Positions 13,619 to 26,118 of a stretch of 64,000 nucleotides of DNA are shown in pieces (the stretch's first letter is position 1; each line of letters opens with the position of its first letter). A program made the position numbers and the translations under genes. The notes under the pieces are model-generated. The model did no database searches and was not told where the DNA came from. It was given only the letters and a program-made list of their open reading frames with translations. This DNA is from Macrostomum lignano (taxonomy: Eukaryota): the NCBI GenBank assembly GCA_002269645.1, contig NIVC01003981.1, forward strand, positions 2,591 through 66,590, in the 5' to 3' direction.

Positions 13619-14289
13619 GGGAAAAAAACCACGCAAGAAAGGGCAGCAGCTATATATATAGATAGAGTAGATATATAGTTAGAGTGAAAGTGCAGAGAAA
13701 AAGAGAGGCTATTAGAACAGCAAGTGTGGCACAGGGCCCTAAAAAGAATATTTTGGCTAAAAACTAGGGCTGGGCTATTGGGCTAAACAAGACATTACTC
13801 GTAAACAAGGGGGGTGAAGGGGGGGGTGAAATTCAGGTTGAAAAAAAGAGGCGAGGTTGAAAAGCCAATCAGAAGGCAGCGAGGGAAAGAGAAAAATAAC
13901 AAGACTGAACTAGACCAAGAGGGAGAAAACAGAGTACGAAACAGAGACAAGTGCAGATGAACTGAAGAAATGACTAAGAAAGTCGCGACAGGGAGGAAAC
14001 CGGCGGGAGAGGGGGTGCTGCTAAGCTAAGAGTGCCTCAGACATGCAACTTTTTTATTACAAATATACTGGATTCAAAAAGGAGCAAAACAGGTATTTCC
14101 CTTGTGATTATTTACAACTTTGTATTGGGTTTTTAAAATAAAAAGAAAACAATTACAAAAATGAAACTTTCACTACACAATTTTCACTACACAGTATGTT
14201 TAATATGCCAAATTAAAAGAATGGCAATCTATTCTTTTAATCCAAATTAAAAAACTTGCTTAAAAAAAGGCGAGTCTGTGAGCTTTCAA

Positions 14290-15511
14290 AAGTCGTACAG
14301 CAACGACGGTCTCGATCACCACCGCCCCTCTGGCGGTCAGGTACAGGGCCGAGGTCGGCACGACCAGCCCTCAAAGAATGAAAAGAAGCCCAGACAAGAC
14401 CGCAACTAGGGGTCCCAAATCCCGGACATTTTACAATCCCGGGATCCCGGACAAAAAATTGACCCAATCCCGGGCCAATCCCGGGATTGAACAAACAAAT
14501 TTACGAGAAGCTTTCCGATTGTCCACAAAACAATTTCTCAACCAATTTGAGCATCATTTAGGTTTCTACTTTCTATTTCTAGCTTATACGAGTAGAACTG
14601 CATTGATAAAATAGTTGAAGTTACATGTAGTTGTTAGTTGTACATACATACTAAACCACACCCTCTCCCCTCGGATTAGGACCGTATACGCTGCGCTGGT
14701 GCCTCTCTCTGCCCCCAACACAGACCACCTCACACACACACAGAGACTCAGACTCACAACCCAGTCCGCACCCCACCCCCATTTTCCCCTTTCCCTTCCT
14801 TAGCTGCGCCTGCGCACTGCGGCGGGGCCCGGGCCAGTGGGCCCAGTGTCCAGGCCATCGCCACTTAGACAGTTAGAGTCTAGACTAGAGTCAGACCCCT
14901 TAGTCTCGTGACTAGTAGTGCTTGACACAGTTGAATGAGTTGAATGATAGTCCTACTGTCCTTCATTCTATAACTTCATTCTCAGGATGCAAAAATTCTC
15001 CCAAAACTGTTAAGTGCTAACTGCAAGACGAAAAATATTCACTTCTGCAGAGTGTAAATTCCAATCCCGTGTTTACCGGGATCCCAGACCCCTAATCCCG
15101 GGATCCCGAACACTAACAAAAAGCCGGGATCCCGGGAATCTCGGGATCCCGGTATTGGGACCCCTAACCGCAACGACCCCTGCGGACGTTGGTAACCAGA
15201 CCGTTGGAGGTAGACGAACTGGTGACATCGCGGAAGTTCCCTCGCTTGTCCGCTAGCGCCTTGGCACAAAATCGCAGCTTCCGATGTCATCCGGCACGCA
15301 GTACCCGACGGTCATCTGCATGTTAGCCACAACAGTAGCGAGGTTGTCCTCAACAGTTGAGGACAGCACGGCGAGATCGTCAGTGAGCCAAGAACCGCTG
15401 AGCCGCTTCTCCTACGCGTGTTGACCCTGCACTCGACGCCGCAGCAGAAAGCCATCATCGTCGTTAGTCGAAGGATCTGTCTGCAGCACGCAACAGTTAA
15501 GTACGAGTACC
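14290..15511 (-). mobile_element. Degenerate non-LTR retrotransposon (LINE) reverse-transcriptase fragment, split by a hAT-type insertion
   Basis: Minus-strand pieces VLVLNC.LQT.PSTNDDDGFLLRRRV..EKRLS..LTDDLAVLSSTVE (xADD-like), EAAILCQGASGQARELPRCHQFVYL and LVWASFHSLRA..PDRQR..VIETV-LLY resemble a LINE RT domain, with stops and frameshifts. Confidence 0.75.
14407..15166. mobile_element. Non-autonomous hAT-type DNA transposon (MITE), 760 bp
   Basis: TIRs TAGGGGTCCCAA.../...TTGGGACCCCTA, subterminal (AAT)CCCGGGAT repeats, and a perfect 8-bp TSD ACCGCAAC at 14399-14406 and 15167-15174. Confidence 0.92.
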
Positions 15512-16479
15512 TGAGCAAAAAAAAGGCTCGTCAAAATTTTCAACTCTGTCGAATGTTGCAGATTAGTAAACTTGAGAATTGACGTTTTTAATCTTGAAAC
15601 TTAGATCATGATGCCAATTCCCATGGGTAATGGGGCTTCCAGTCAGAAAAAAAGCAACCAAAATTTAAAAAACCCAAAGCCAAGACACAAACAACCGCGA
15701 CAGTATAGTATAGTAGTCGCTCTAGCTATGCAAGGTGTGCCCAAGAGAGCACTTCTTACCACGAAGCTTCCCTCATTCCCTGCAGTGGCTGCACAACAAA
15801 TCCAAATGTAGATTGCGTGCAGTGATTAAGAAACTGTTCACAATGGCAATGTCGCAATACGTCCGAGAGACTATAGCCGAGTACAGTGACGCACAAGCAG
15901 CGTGGGACAATTGGCACGATCACCTTTATCAGCATGCTAATTATTAGAATGTCAATGCGTGCTCATCAGGGAACTGGTCGGAGTTGTTGTGCAATTCACA
16001 GAGGATGCGAACTTTTGAGTCAAAAAGTCAAAATGGAGCCCGAAACATTTCTCTACGCCAATCCCTTCATTTGGAGTTTCAAATGCTTAAATGACGAGAT
16101 GACCATGATAACGCTCTTTTTTATGTTTGTAAGGAAGAGTAGGAGCGATAGTAATGTTATGTTATGCCACCATTATGTTATCTCTTAATTAATAATGTTT
16201 ATGCTATCCTAAACGTGCATACCTTGAATCATTCTTATGTAACTAACGTCAAGTTTTAGTACAATGTTCCATAAATGGTTGTATACCAGAGGGTTCTGAA
16301 AAAACAATGAAAGCAGAAAGATTTCCGATCAATGTTAAATTGATCTTGTCATTATTTTAAACGTTTTTTCAAGTGACAGACCAATTTAATATGAAAAATC
16401 GATTAATGCGTCGTTAGAGCAGCATGTGAGGCACAAAATAGTGGGATTAGGACTTTCTCTGACACTGTTATGAGACCTA

Positions 16480-16784
16480 ATCACTGTTTTAGTGTTGAAA
16501 ATCGTGAAATTTCCTATCTCCATAGTGTATTTTCCGGTGAAACCTGCCTTTATAAAACTATTTCTGAACGAAAAGCTTTATGAATATCGATAGATCAATG
16601 CAATAAGAAAGGCACAACATATCAAAAGATGAACACTGGATCTGCCTCCTATCAAAAGCAATAACAATTTTTGTGCTGAAAAAATTAAAACCTCCTATCT
16701 CTATAGCGTATTTTTCGGCGAAAAGTTGCCTTCAAAACATTTACCATAGTTTTCGAGTGTTGCATCCTACTTAAGTTGTCCTTG
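16480..16784. mobile_element. One arm of the long-TIR element family seen intact at 45947-46639
   Basis: Matches 46410-46639 (GGCACAACATATCAAAA..GAACACTGGATCTGCCTCCTATCAAA..GCAATAACAATTTTTGTGCTGAAAA) and ends in CTACTTAAGTTGTCCTTG. The partner arm was not found. Confidence 0.75.
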
Positions 16785-16950
16785 CTCCAAACATGTACAG
16801 TTACCCGATCGAGCATGTCATGGGACTTCGTAAAGCGAAGTGTTCATCAGGGTTGCCCCGCAGAATGCTGAACAGTTGAGACTGGCGGCTCTAATGCCTG
16901 GCAACAGATGCTCCAAAAGCGTTCATCAACCGGCTGGTGATCAAGAATGC
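16785..16950 (+). pseudogene. Tc1/mariner transposase C-terminal fragment
   Basis: With frameshifts it reads P.M..PIEH(V)WDFVKRSVH..PQNAEQLRLAAL.AWQQM...FINRLV, like the Tc1 SPDLNPIEHLW...MPRR region. Confidence 0.55.
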
Positions 16951-18278
16951 CACGAGTGACGTCACTTTTGCCTTTTAAAGAAATACGTTTAACTATTATA
17001 TGAAATCAAAACTTTTTGCAGAATTGAAACAAAATGAGCGTGTTTATAGTATGTACACTGGCCTTGACCACCGATAAATTCTGATGATCGCGATAAAATC
17101 TGATAGACAAACCAACCACAAAACGGACACTTCAACGTATACACACTTGTACACTCATACTCGTTACTGATTAAGAACTCTGCATGTTACAGGAGAATGG
17201 AGATTTTCATTTTTTCCTCACAAAGCATTTCGATCTTTTGATCGCAGCTGCAGACCCAATGTTAATGTTTTGACATGAATTGATTTCTTATACTCTGATA
17301 CTTGTAGAGCTTCCCGTTTAGAAAAATAAGGATTTATGTTAATTTTATATCTTACGTAGATGTTCTTGGAAAACTTTCCTAGAAACTTATAGTTTCCCGT
17401 CCTTAGAAGCAATGCAGGCTTGTAAAGGTTAACTTGCAATGTTCTCAAGTACAGAAGTTATAGCTCGTAAAATTATACAGTTGGTGTCGTTTGGCCCTGC
17501 TTCCGAGTTACGATCTGAGGACATGGCTAACAACGATGCCCGGCACCAGGTGTTTCAAGCTATGCAAGAGAGCGCTACTAATTAAGGACATTGTCAAAAA
17601 TGTTATAGGTTCTTTTCATTCTATAAATAAAGGGCCAGTTGGCATATCAATGCGTCATGAGGATGTAGAATTTTGTCCGATAGGCTATTTAAGGATTCGA
17701 TAAGTATTTATTTTCCAGGAATCCCTTTAGTCTTAACCGCTTTTAGACTGAAAGCGAGCCGGGAGAGAGCACAGAATTAACACCGACAGGTACTGAATTT
17801 GCTGCTTTGTAATAATAAAAGAGTTCTTACCTTCTTTAGAGACATCCTAATCTAAAAGACCGAATAATACAAGTCATTAGATTGCAGGAGTTTACTTTAT
17901 TAGCTGCTAAACACACTAAACTTCAAACACCTTTTCGACTCGATTCCATTCCAGATAACTCAGTGGTCCATGCATTTCTCTCAAAGGCCAACAGAAAGCT
18001 AGTGGCATTAAAAAAGTGAATACACGTATAGAACGGGGTGCTGATTTTTTTGTCTAAATCCAATTAGCATTCACTTTCACCAACCCTATCTTCATAAACC
18101 GTACCTCAATATCCTAAATCATTAAGGAAAAGATTTACATGTAGGCTTTGTGAAGTTTTGGTTTTGTAACCATGCACAGTGAATTTGTATTCCAGGTTTG
18201 AATTTGGTCATTGTTTTAACTTTCTCATTGGCAAACTGCAATTTTTTAATTGGAAATAACTCCGTTGGTAGGAAAACT

Positions 18279-19042
18279 ACTCAGTTGTTGCAATTTCCAT
18301 TGGAATCACTCAGTTGTTGCAATTTCCATTGGAATCACTCAGTTGTTGCAATTTCCATTGGAATCACCCAGTTGTTGCAGGGTCCATGGGAATCACCCAG
18401 TTGTTGCAGGGTCCTTGGGAATCACTTAGTTGTGGCAGGGTCCATGGGAATCACTTAGTTGTGGCAGGGTCCATGGGAATCACCCAGTTGTTGCAGGGTC
18501 CTTGGGAATCACTTAGTTGTGGCAGGGTCCATGGGAATCACTCAGTTGTTACAGGGTCCATGGGAATCACTTAGTTGTGGCAGGGTCCATGGGAATCACT
18601 TAGTTGTGGCAGGGTCCATGGGAATCACTCAGTTGTTACAGGGTCCATGGGAATCACTTAGTTGTTACAGGGTCCATGGGAATCACTCAGTTGTTACAGG
18701 GTCCATGGGAATCACTTAGTTGTGGCAGGGTCCATGGGAATCACTTAGTTGTGGCAGGGTCCATGGGAATCACTCAGTTGTTACAGGGTCCATGGGAATC
18801 ACTTAGTTGTTACAGGGTCCATGGGAATCACTTAGTTGTGGCAGGGTCTATGGGAAATCAATAAGTTGTTGCAAGGTCCATGGGAATCACTCAGTTGTTG
18901 CAAGGTCCATGGGAATCACTCAGTTGTTGCAAGGTCCATGGGAATCACTCAGTTGTTGCAGGGTCCATGGGAATCACTCAGTTGTTGCAAGGTCCATGGG
19001 AATCACTCAGTTGTTGCAAGGTCCATGGGAATCACTCAGTTG
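18279..19042. repeat. 29-bp minisatellite (CAGGGTCCATGGGAATCACTCAGTTGTTG), ~26 copies
   Basis: Spurious ORFs recur at multiples of 29 bp (116, 145). Confidence 0.96.
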
Positions 19043-19679
19043 ATCTAGGGTTGATTACACAGTCAACTTTGCCTTCAGCTATACTCGTACTTCTAAAGCA
19101 TTGGTTTGTCGTGGAACCAAAAACATATTACAATATCTCGTAGATATACTTAAAAATATAAGTATGGAATGAAATGGGGCGTAACTTAACTTATGCTACT
19201 AAGAGTAACTAAAGCAGCGAACAACGCCTAACAAATGTCCAACTCAGATCCACAAGACTACACAGGGCAGCACGAAAATAAATCCGCATGTGCAAACACT
19301 ATATTTTGTTAATCGGAATACATTCAAATTCGCATTATTATTAATTAAAATGACACCGATGTTATAACACACTTTCAACTTTCATAATGTCATAACGCTT
19401 TCAAAGTTCTGTTAGGGCTACGAAGATAATCGAAATAGGTTGGACCAAGCAGAATTTATAACACATAGAATGAAAAGATGCATTCGAGAGTAGTTAATTT
19501 GAGACAGCGCAGCCCAGTAAGTAAAGCAAACAAAATAGCTAATTTGATCCAACATGCACGACGCATAAATTAAATGGACAAATTAAACTTCCTTCAACTG
19601 AATCGGACTGGTACGGTCTTGTATATCAGATGAAAAATAGCAACAGCAAGCTAGAAAGCCAACCAATAACACCAACACA

Positions 19680-19958
19680 CGAAGCCACAAATCTCACAGC
19701 TGATGATCGAAGCCACAAATCTTACAACTGAGGATCGAAGCCACAAATCTCACAGCTGATTATCGAAGCCACAAATCTTACAACTGAGGATCGAAGCCAC
19801 AAATCTCACAGCTGATGATCGAAGACGCAAATCTCACAACTGAGGATCAAAGCCACAAATCTCACAGCTGAGGATCGAAGCCACAAATCTCACAACTGAG
19901 GATCAAAGCCACAAATCTCACAGCTGAGGATCGAAGTCACAAATCTCACAGCTGGAGA
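19680..19958. repeat. 28-bp minisatellite, ~10 copies, reverse complement of the array at 51640-54465
   Basis: Unit GAAGCCACAAATCTCACAGCTGAGGATC, downstream of eIF2-beta copy A. Confidence 0.95.
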
Positions 19959-20308
19959 TCGCACCCAGGTCTTAAGACTCCAAAGCCGGACAATTTCGAT
20001 AAAAGCAACAACCAATTAAACAGCAAGTTTATTGCAGTTTGACAGCAAATATGCACTGAATAGATAACTTGTACCCATCCACTTAACAGCTTCACTTCTG
20101 ACAATGACTTCTCAGCTTATATTTGCAATCCAGACACTTAATCATTCAACTGATGACGATGTACATATTTGAGCCCAACATTGCCACATAAAGTTCACCC
20201 GCCAGCAGTCAAGTTCATGCAGCACAAGACATGGACAATCAATCAGTCAGCAACCATCTTCATACACAGAGCAATGCCCTCATTATCCAGCTCTTCTCCC
20301 TAACAGTG

Positions 20309-21007
20309 TCACGTGGCCTTGGCCCTCTGCGCAGCTCTCCTGCCCACCTGGGCCTGAAATCCAGACTTGATGCTGGCAACTGAGCACCGACTGCCGCAGG
20401 TGCTGCACTGCAGGAAGAACAGCCGAGTCTCCTTAACGAGCTCAGTGTCGTGAGACCGGCACGTGTGGCACATCACGTACTCCTTGATGTACGAGCGCAG
20501 CACCGATTCAATGTTCTTAGTCTGGAATCTGCCCTTAATAATGAGCTGGTTGTTCCCATCAACCGACCCGGTGGTGCCCAGCTCAGTTAGAAGGTAAGCC
20601 AACAGGTGGTCCGGCTTCCTTCGAATCTGCTTGCTGATCTCCGTGAAGTTGGCAAAGGCGGTCTTCTTGGTTCCAACTCGCATCAGAGACGGAGGCTTCA
20701 TCACCACCTTCTTCTTCTCCGACAGCATATCCGGGTTCCGCTCCATCATGGCGCGGAAGGCCCGGCTGAGCAGCTCGCTGTAGCTGTAATCCTTGTCCTC
20801 GCTTCCATCTCCCTCCACAGCTGACGCCGCGCCTTGGCCTCCGTCCTCCTCAGGCTGCTCAGCCGTCGCCGCGGGTCGCTCCTTCGGCGGCTTCTTCTTC
20901 TTCTTTGTTTCGAGGTTAAAGTCTGCTTCAAGCTCCTCATCCACTGCTGGGGTCTCCTCGGCCAGCTCCTTCTTCTTATTCTTCTTTTTTATGCTCGGGT
21001 CGAACAT
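20309..21007 (-). CDS. EIF2S2: Translation initiation factor eIF2 beta subunit, copy A, exon 2
   Basis: Lys boxes, [40 protein letters not shown] and C2-C2 zinc finger CHTCRS...[10 protein letters not shown]. Polypyrimidine/CAG acceptor immediately before ATG; AATAAA at 20028-20033 (minus strand). Confidence 0.97.
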   Translation of the reverse strand: MFDPSIKKKNKKKELAEETPAVDEELEADFNLETKKKKKPPKERPAATAEQPEEDGGQGAASAVEGDGSEDKDYSYSELLSRAFRAMMERNPDMLSEKKKVVMKPPSLMRVGTKKTAFANFTEISKQIRRKPDHLLAYLLTELGTTGSVDGNNQLIIKGRFQTKNIESVLRSYIKEYVMCHTCRSHDTELVKETRLFFLQCSTCGSRCSVASIKSGFQAQVGRRAAQRAKAT

Positions 21008-22792
21008 CTGCGCGAGTCAAACAGGGGAGCGAAAGGCATGGCAAACAATCATAAATCATAATTATTAGTCGCTTAAAAGTGACACGGGCAATGCTTTTGA
21101 GTATTACAGTGCTAACTAAGACCACTCAGCTACATTCTAATTAAGTAATTGACAAAATTTGATAAGAATACAACTTCACATTTTTGTATCCATAAAAGCT
21201 TGGGTATAGTATTTAAAATATATACTTGTACCAACAATGTGTTTTCACAGAGTATTTTTCTGCAATTTTATAACATCTTTTGAGATACAAAGGTAGTGTT
21301 CCGCCATAAGGAGGGTCTATGTGCCATAGCCATAAACAAAACTATGGCTTATTCCAATTCTCTGTATTCCATAGCCATGGGGACCCCAAGATTCCCATAT
21401 TCCCATAGAGCCATAGCTGTAGTTTTAACAAAAAATCTAGGAAACCAAATATTTTTAACCTGGAAGATAACCTGGTGCTTAAAAAACTGCAAATTAAGGT
21501 AGAAAATAAAACAAACACTCGATTGCCTTTGTAGGATTATATTTAATCTTTTACAAAGACTAACAATACTTAATCACTACTGAAAGTACTACTGCTAACT
21601 TTTTCACATTAATAAAAGTTAGAGTTTGCTAATGTTTTATTGTACTTTATATATTTGACAAGAAGTTATATTATAATTAAATCTACCTATATGCCTAAAT
21701 AATTTTTTGTTTATGAGGATGACCATGCAATATTAACAAATCTTCTTACTTATTGCTTTCATTATTAAAATATAAAGTAATTCTTGCCTATATCTACATA
21801 TAAGCATTTATACTTGATTTATTTCTATACTATATATATAATGTATATTAGCAATCTTTTATAACTTTCTATTGTGCCTGACAGTGCAATTGAAACAACC
21901 TTCTTTTTTATATTTTAATAATTAATTAGCTTTCAATTTTCAAATTTCTTGGAAGAAGAAACTTCTTACTTTTTCTGCTTTTCGTAGTCTTTTATATATA
22001 AGCTTGCTTTTTTTATTTGTTACTCAATAAATTTTAAATCACTTGGATAAACTAGCATTTATGTTTAGGCTACTATGCTTCAAACAATTTCAGTTAGGCC
22101 CTAATGGTAAAGTGATATTACCATATTACCAATCAGAGTGTTGCTAAGCATAACATGCACAACTGCTGGCCAACCTGGCCGATCTGGCCACAATAAATTG
22201 TGGTGGACCAGGGGTAAGTTACAATAATGCCCAGCTTAAAAAAGACATAGTACTAATTAGATGATGAGACATTTAGCCCTTATAAGACAGTCATAGTTAC
22301 TCCAGCCGTTTACCCAAAATTGCATTTACAGGTAATTTGCATTTTTGGTCAAAAAGTAAGTCGCATGGCCAGTGTAAATCAGGGGGGTTGCGCATATATG
22401 TTGCTAAGCAATATTGAAACAATGTATCTTAAAAAGATTTTTACTTTATTTAATATAAATAAATCAAAGCTTATTTGATGTTAAACAATTGCACAAATAT
22501 TTGCTAAAAATAATTGAAGCAGGTCAACTTTGTTAAAAGTTACAGACAATTGTTTTTAATGTTTATCAAAATATTTATTGGAAATTAGAAAACCCTCAAA
22601 GACAAATAAATTAATAGTTTATAAAAAGAAAGATATTTTGTTTTAAATTTTTTTATACTAAAAGACCTATAAAATTTTTGTATATAGCAACTTTATTCTT
22701 GACCTCTGGGGTATTTTTTATATTGGAATAATATCAAAAAAAACAATAATTTTCATTACTAGGTAGGCCCCTAGGCCCTAGGCTATATCTAC

Positions 22793-24820
22793 GGGTCCTA
22801 GTCATTTCGTCAACTGGCGTTTCGTCAATTGGCCATTTCGTCAACTCAGTTTTTGCATTGGTCGTTTCGTCAACTAGCCAATGAAGCGGTCTCAAACCTC
22901 GGTCACTTCGTCAACTGACCAACGGGGAGTTCCCCAACATAGGTCACTTCGTCAACTGCCAATAAACTACCCCCTCCCGCGGCCGCAAAAAAACTAAAAC
23001 TGAACCCTGAGATGACTAGGGGCCTTTTCATATTGCTTGTTCTGGTTCCAGAACCAGAACCAATTTGTGAAGTATAACTTTTTGTCTCCATAACTAGAGG
23101 GAGATACGTGCTATAAAGTTTTTATTATTGAATGACAATCGCCAAGAAGAAAGTGAAAAATTGTGCTAAGTTAGGTTGTTAAGGCAGTCGAATATTAACA
23201 GAGTTTAATAGTTATACTGCTGTTTTTCTTGGAATTCCGAACCGATTCTGGTTCTGGAATTAGTAATATGAAAAGGCCCTAGGTCGACAGGCTATTTAAT
23301 ATATAGATACCCTTCTGTGCAACATCTGCCGGCTTTGATCGATGCGTCTCTGACTATACATTAACAAACAATAATTCACTCAGGTGTTTGAAACGTGTGC
23401 AGTATGACGCAGTTGATATCCCATGTTACACATTTGCATGACAAATTTTTGGATGTACACGTAGAAATTGATTAAAGAGTAGTTGATGAGTACTGGACCA
23501 AAGATAATAACGCTTGAAATGGTCCATGTACTCTACATGGTTTATTTTAAAAATCTAGCGTATATATATAAAGCATTCCAAATTAACCATAACATTTATG
23601 GTCATGTCGATGTCAATCACGCATTAAAATTTATATAATAATATATATTTTATGCACACACTATACTTAAAACCTATATTAAGTATTTAAACACAATCGT
23701 ACTGCTATCGTAGTGCGATTTTGTACCATTGTACACTGTACAATAGTACATGTAGTTCTGTATGGTAAGTGGTAATACAGTACTAAATGCAGACAAAAGA
23801 AAAAAATATTATTTTAAGAAAATTGCAATACTTCTTGGACTTGATTCATTCCACAAGTACGATGCTGCCAGCGCTCGATGCATTTATCACACTGCAGAGC
23901 CTGTTGTCGCGGTCGAACACGTTCGCTGCAGAGAATGCAGCTATCAGCTGTAGCCTGCTACATGATTGGTAAAGTATATATGTAATATTTAGGAAACAAA
24001 CTGATTTAATTGTGACTTTGACGGGACTTCCATTTATATAGCAGTTTGGATCGTTAGGGTGGGGTGACTTTGGAACTGGTGGGTTAAAGGACTTAACACT
24101 GGCTTAGCACTTTAGTGTTAAGCATGACAGGGAGTAAAATGGCTTACAATATGGCATGATGTGCGTGAATCGTGCATGATATGCTTCATTCAAGAGCATT
24201 ACCGGATATCAAGATTCGCTGCGGGGATCAGCTTCAGTTGACTGCGCACAGCGGGGTGGAGGGGTGGGAAGGCGCACGCTGCAGTCCACCAATTTTCACA
24301 ACTCCACAGGGGACTATTAGCAGTCCTCTCCATGTGTTTTGATAATATGAATGCCCACCATGTACGTGGACACATGTACTGTATGCATGCAGATTGCATA
24401 AAACACAGATGCTCAAGATTCATTGACACCCAGATGCATATGGGTATGAGTGTTCATAGGTGACACACTTGCATCTAGAATATTCGCATCGGAACATTTA
24501 ACCCATCGAATACATGTATAATGGGCATGCAATTAACATATATACTGTACACTGTAACGAAATTGCAAAGTTTGATCGTTTAAAATAAAATTAGGTACTT
24601 ATTAAAACAAACTCATTGATATAACAACTATTGTAAGCTACACAGCTGTATGAACTGCATATCATTCATATAATGACAATTTTGGTCACTTCGTCAACAA
24701 GCAAATGGGGAGGACATAGGCATTGGTCACTTTGTCAACCACCAGTAAAGTCGCCTTAACACTTTGGTCACTTCGTCAACCAAGTTGACGAAACGCCAAT
24801 TGACGAAATGACCATCACCC
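22793..24820. mobile_element. Non-autonomous TIR transposon (GG termini, 8-bp TSD) in intron 1 of copy A
   Basis: Ends GGGTCCTAGTCATTTCGTCAACTGGCGTTTCGTCAA / TTGACGAAACGCCAATTGACGAAATGACCATCACCC, many (C/T)TTCGTCAAC subterminal repeats, and a perfect TSD ATATCTAC (22785-22792, 24821-24828). Confidence 0.88.
23020..23279. mobile_element. PIF/Harbinger-like MITE nested in the 22793-24820 element
   Basis: TIR GGGCCTTTTCATATT / AATATGAAAAGGCCC with 3-bp TSD TAG and internal CCAGAACC repeats. Confidence 0.7.
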
Positions 24821-24843
24821 ATATCTACTTGCCCTGATCTAGA

Positions 24844-25725
24844 GGGGTCGCCATTATAAGCTCGAAAAATCACATTGTCAATAACAAGGCTCTATCACAA
24901 GCTTGAAAAGTCACAAGCTTAAAAAATAACATTGTCAAAAAGTTTAGCAAACATCATCATAAGCTCAAAAAGGCACAAGCTCTAACCCTAACCCCAAGGC
25001 ACTAACCCTAACTCTAAGGCACCAGTACCCTGCCTAACCCTGAACTATAACCCTAATCCCAACCCTAACCTAAACCTAAACCCTAACTTAAAGGCACTAG
25101 TTCTAAATTCAACCCTAACCCTAAACCCTAACCTTAAGGCATAAGCTCTAACCCTAACCCTATTCAAGCTTGTGATAGTGGTTACTAAACTTTTTGACGA
25201 TGTGACTTTTCGAGTTTGTGAATTTTTGAGCTTATGATGGTGGTTGCTAGACTTTTTGATGATATGATTTTTTGAGCTTATAACTTATTGAGCTTGTGAT
25301 GATGGTTGCTAAAACTTTTTGATGATGTGATTTTTTGAGCTTATGACTTTTTGAGCTTGTGATGGTGGCTGCTAAATCAATTTTTCAACAATGTGATTTT
25401 TTGAGCTTATGACTTTTTGAGCTTGTGATGGTGGCTGCTAAATCAATTTTTCAACAATGTGATTTTTTGAGCTTATGACTTTTCAAGCTTGTGATAGTGG
25501 TTGCTAAACTTTTTGACAATATGATTTTTTTAGCTTAAGGTTGAGCTTGTGGGTTGCTAAATCAGTTTTTGACGATGTTATTTTTCGAGCTTATGACTTT
25601 TTGAGCTTGTGATGGTATTGGCTAGATTTTTTGATGATATGATTTTTCAAGCTTATGACTTTTCAAGCTTGTGATAGTGGATGCTTTTTGACAATGTGAT
25701 TTTTTGAGCTTATGATGGGCCTCCC
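24844..25725. mobile_element. TIR element with subrepeat-built arms and an internal (CCCTAA)n telomere-like tract
   Basis: Left GGGGTCGCCATTATAAGCTCGAAAAATCAC versus right-end reverse complement GGGAGGCCCATCATAAGCTCAAAAAATCAC; 7-bp flanking duplication ATCTAGA; degenerate TAACCC repeats at ~24980-25165. Confidence 0.8.
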
Positions 25726-26091
25726 ATCTAGACTATGGTCCTGAATAAATATGTGTATCACGGACACAAAGTGCATGCTATATTAATATACCAAAATTCA
25801 GGCATATATGTTAGCTATCATAAATATAGGCCTAGCTAGGGCAAGGTAGAAATTACAAATAAGATGTTAGAAATAGGCCTATCTAGCATACCTGGTATAA
25901 TTAGACCTAGGCCTAGGCTGCCTAGGCCTAGCCTATGGCTATAATTTTCTAAATGTGGAATAGGCCTAGATATTGCCATTGCCAAACATCAAATAACTAG
26001 AAATTATTTAACATAATTTCTTTTTACCCTATTTATCTTAAGCTCAACGCTCAAGCAAGCTAGGCTTGGCTTAAAAAATAGCAATGCTTAC

Positions 26092-26118
26092 AGGCTCGGC
26101 AGGCTCCTCCATCTCCAT
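26092..26118 (-). CDS. EIF2S2: eIF2-beta copy A, exon 1 (MEMEEPAEP)
   Basis: ATGGAGATGGAGGAGCCTGCCGAGCCT followed by GTAAGC donor, phase 0. Joins exon 2 in frame and is homologous to copy B exon 1. Intron is about 5.1 kb. Confidence 0.8.

Noticed and set aside
20606-21068. Antisense and alternative-frame ORFs over eIF2-beta (also 50410-50991)
   Set aside because: Shadows of a GC-rich coding exon.
24975-25170. True telomere or chromosome fusion site
   Set aside because: Short, degenerate, single orientation and enclosed by TIRs.
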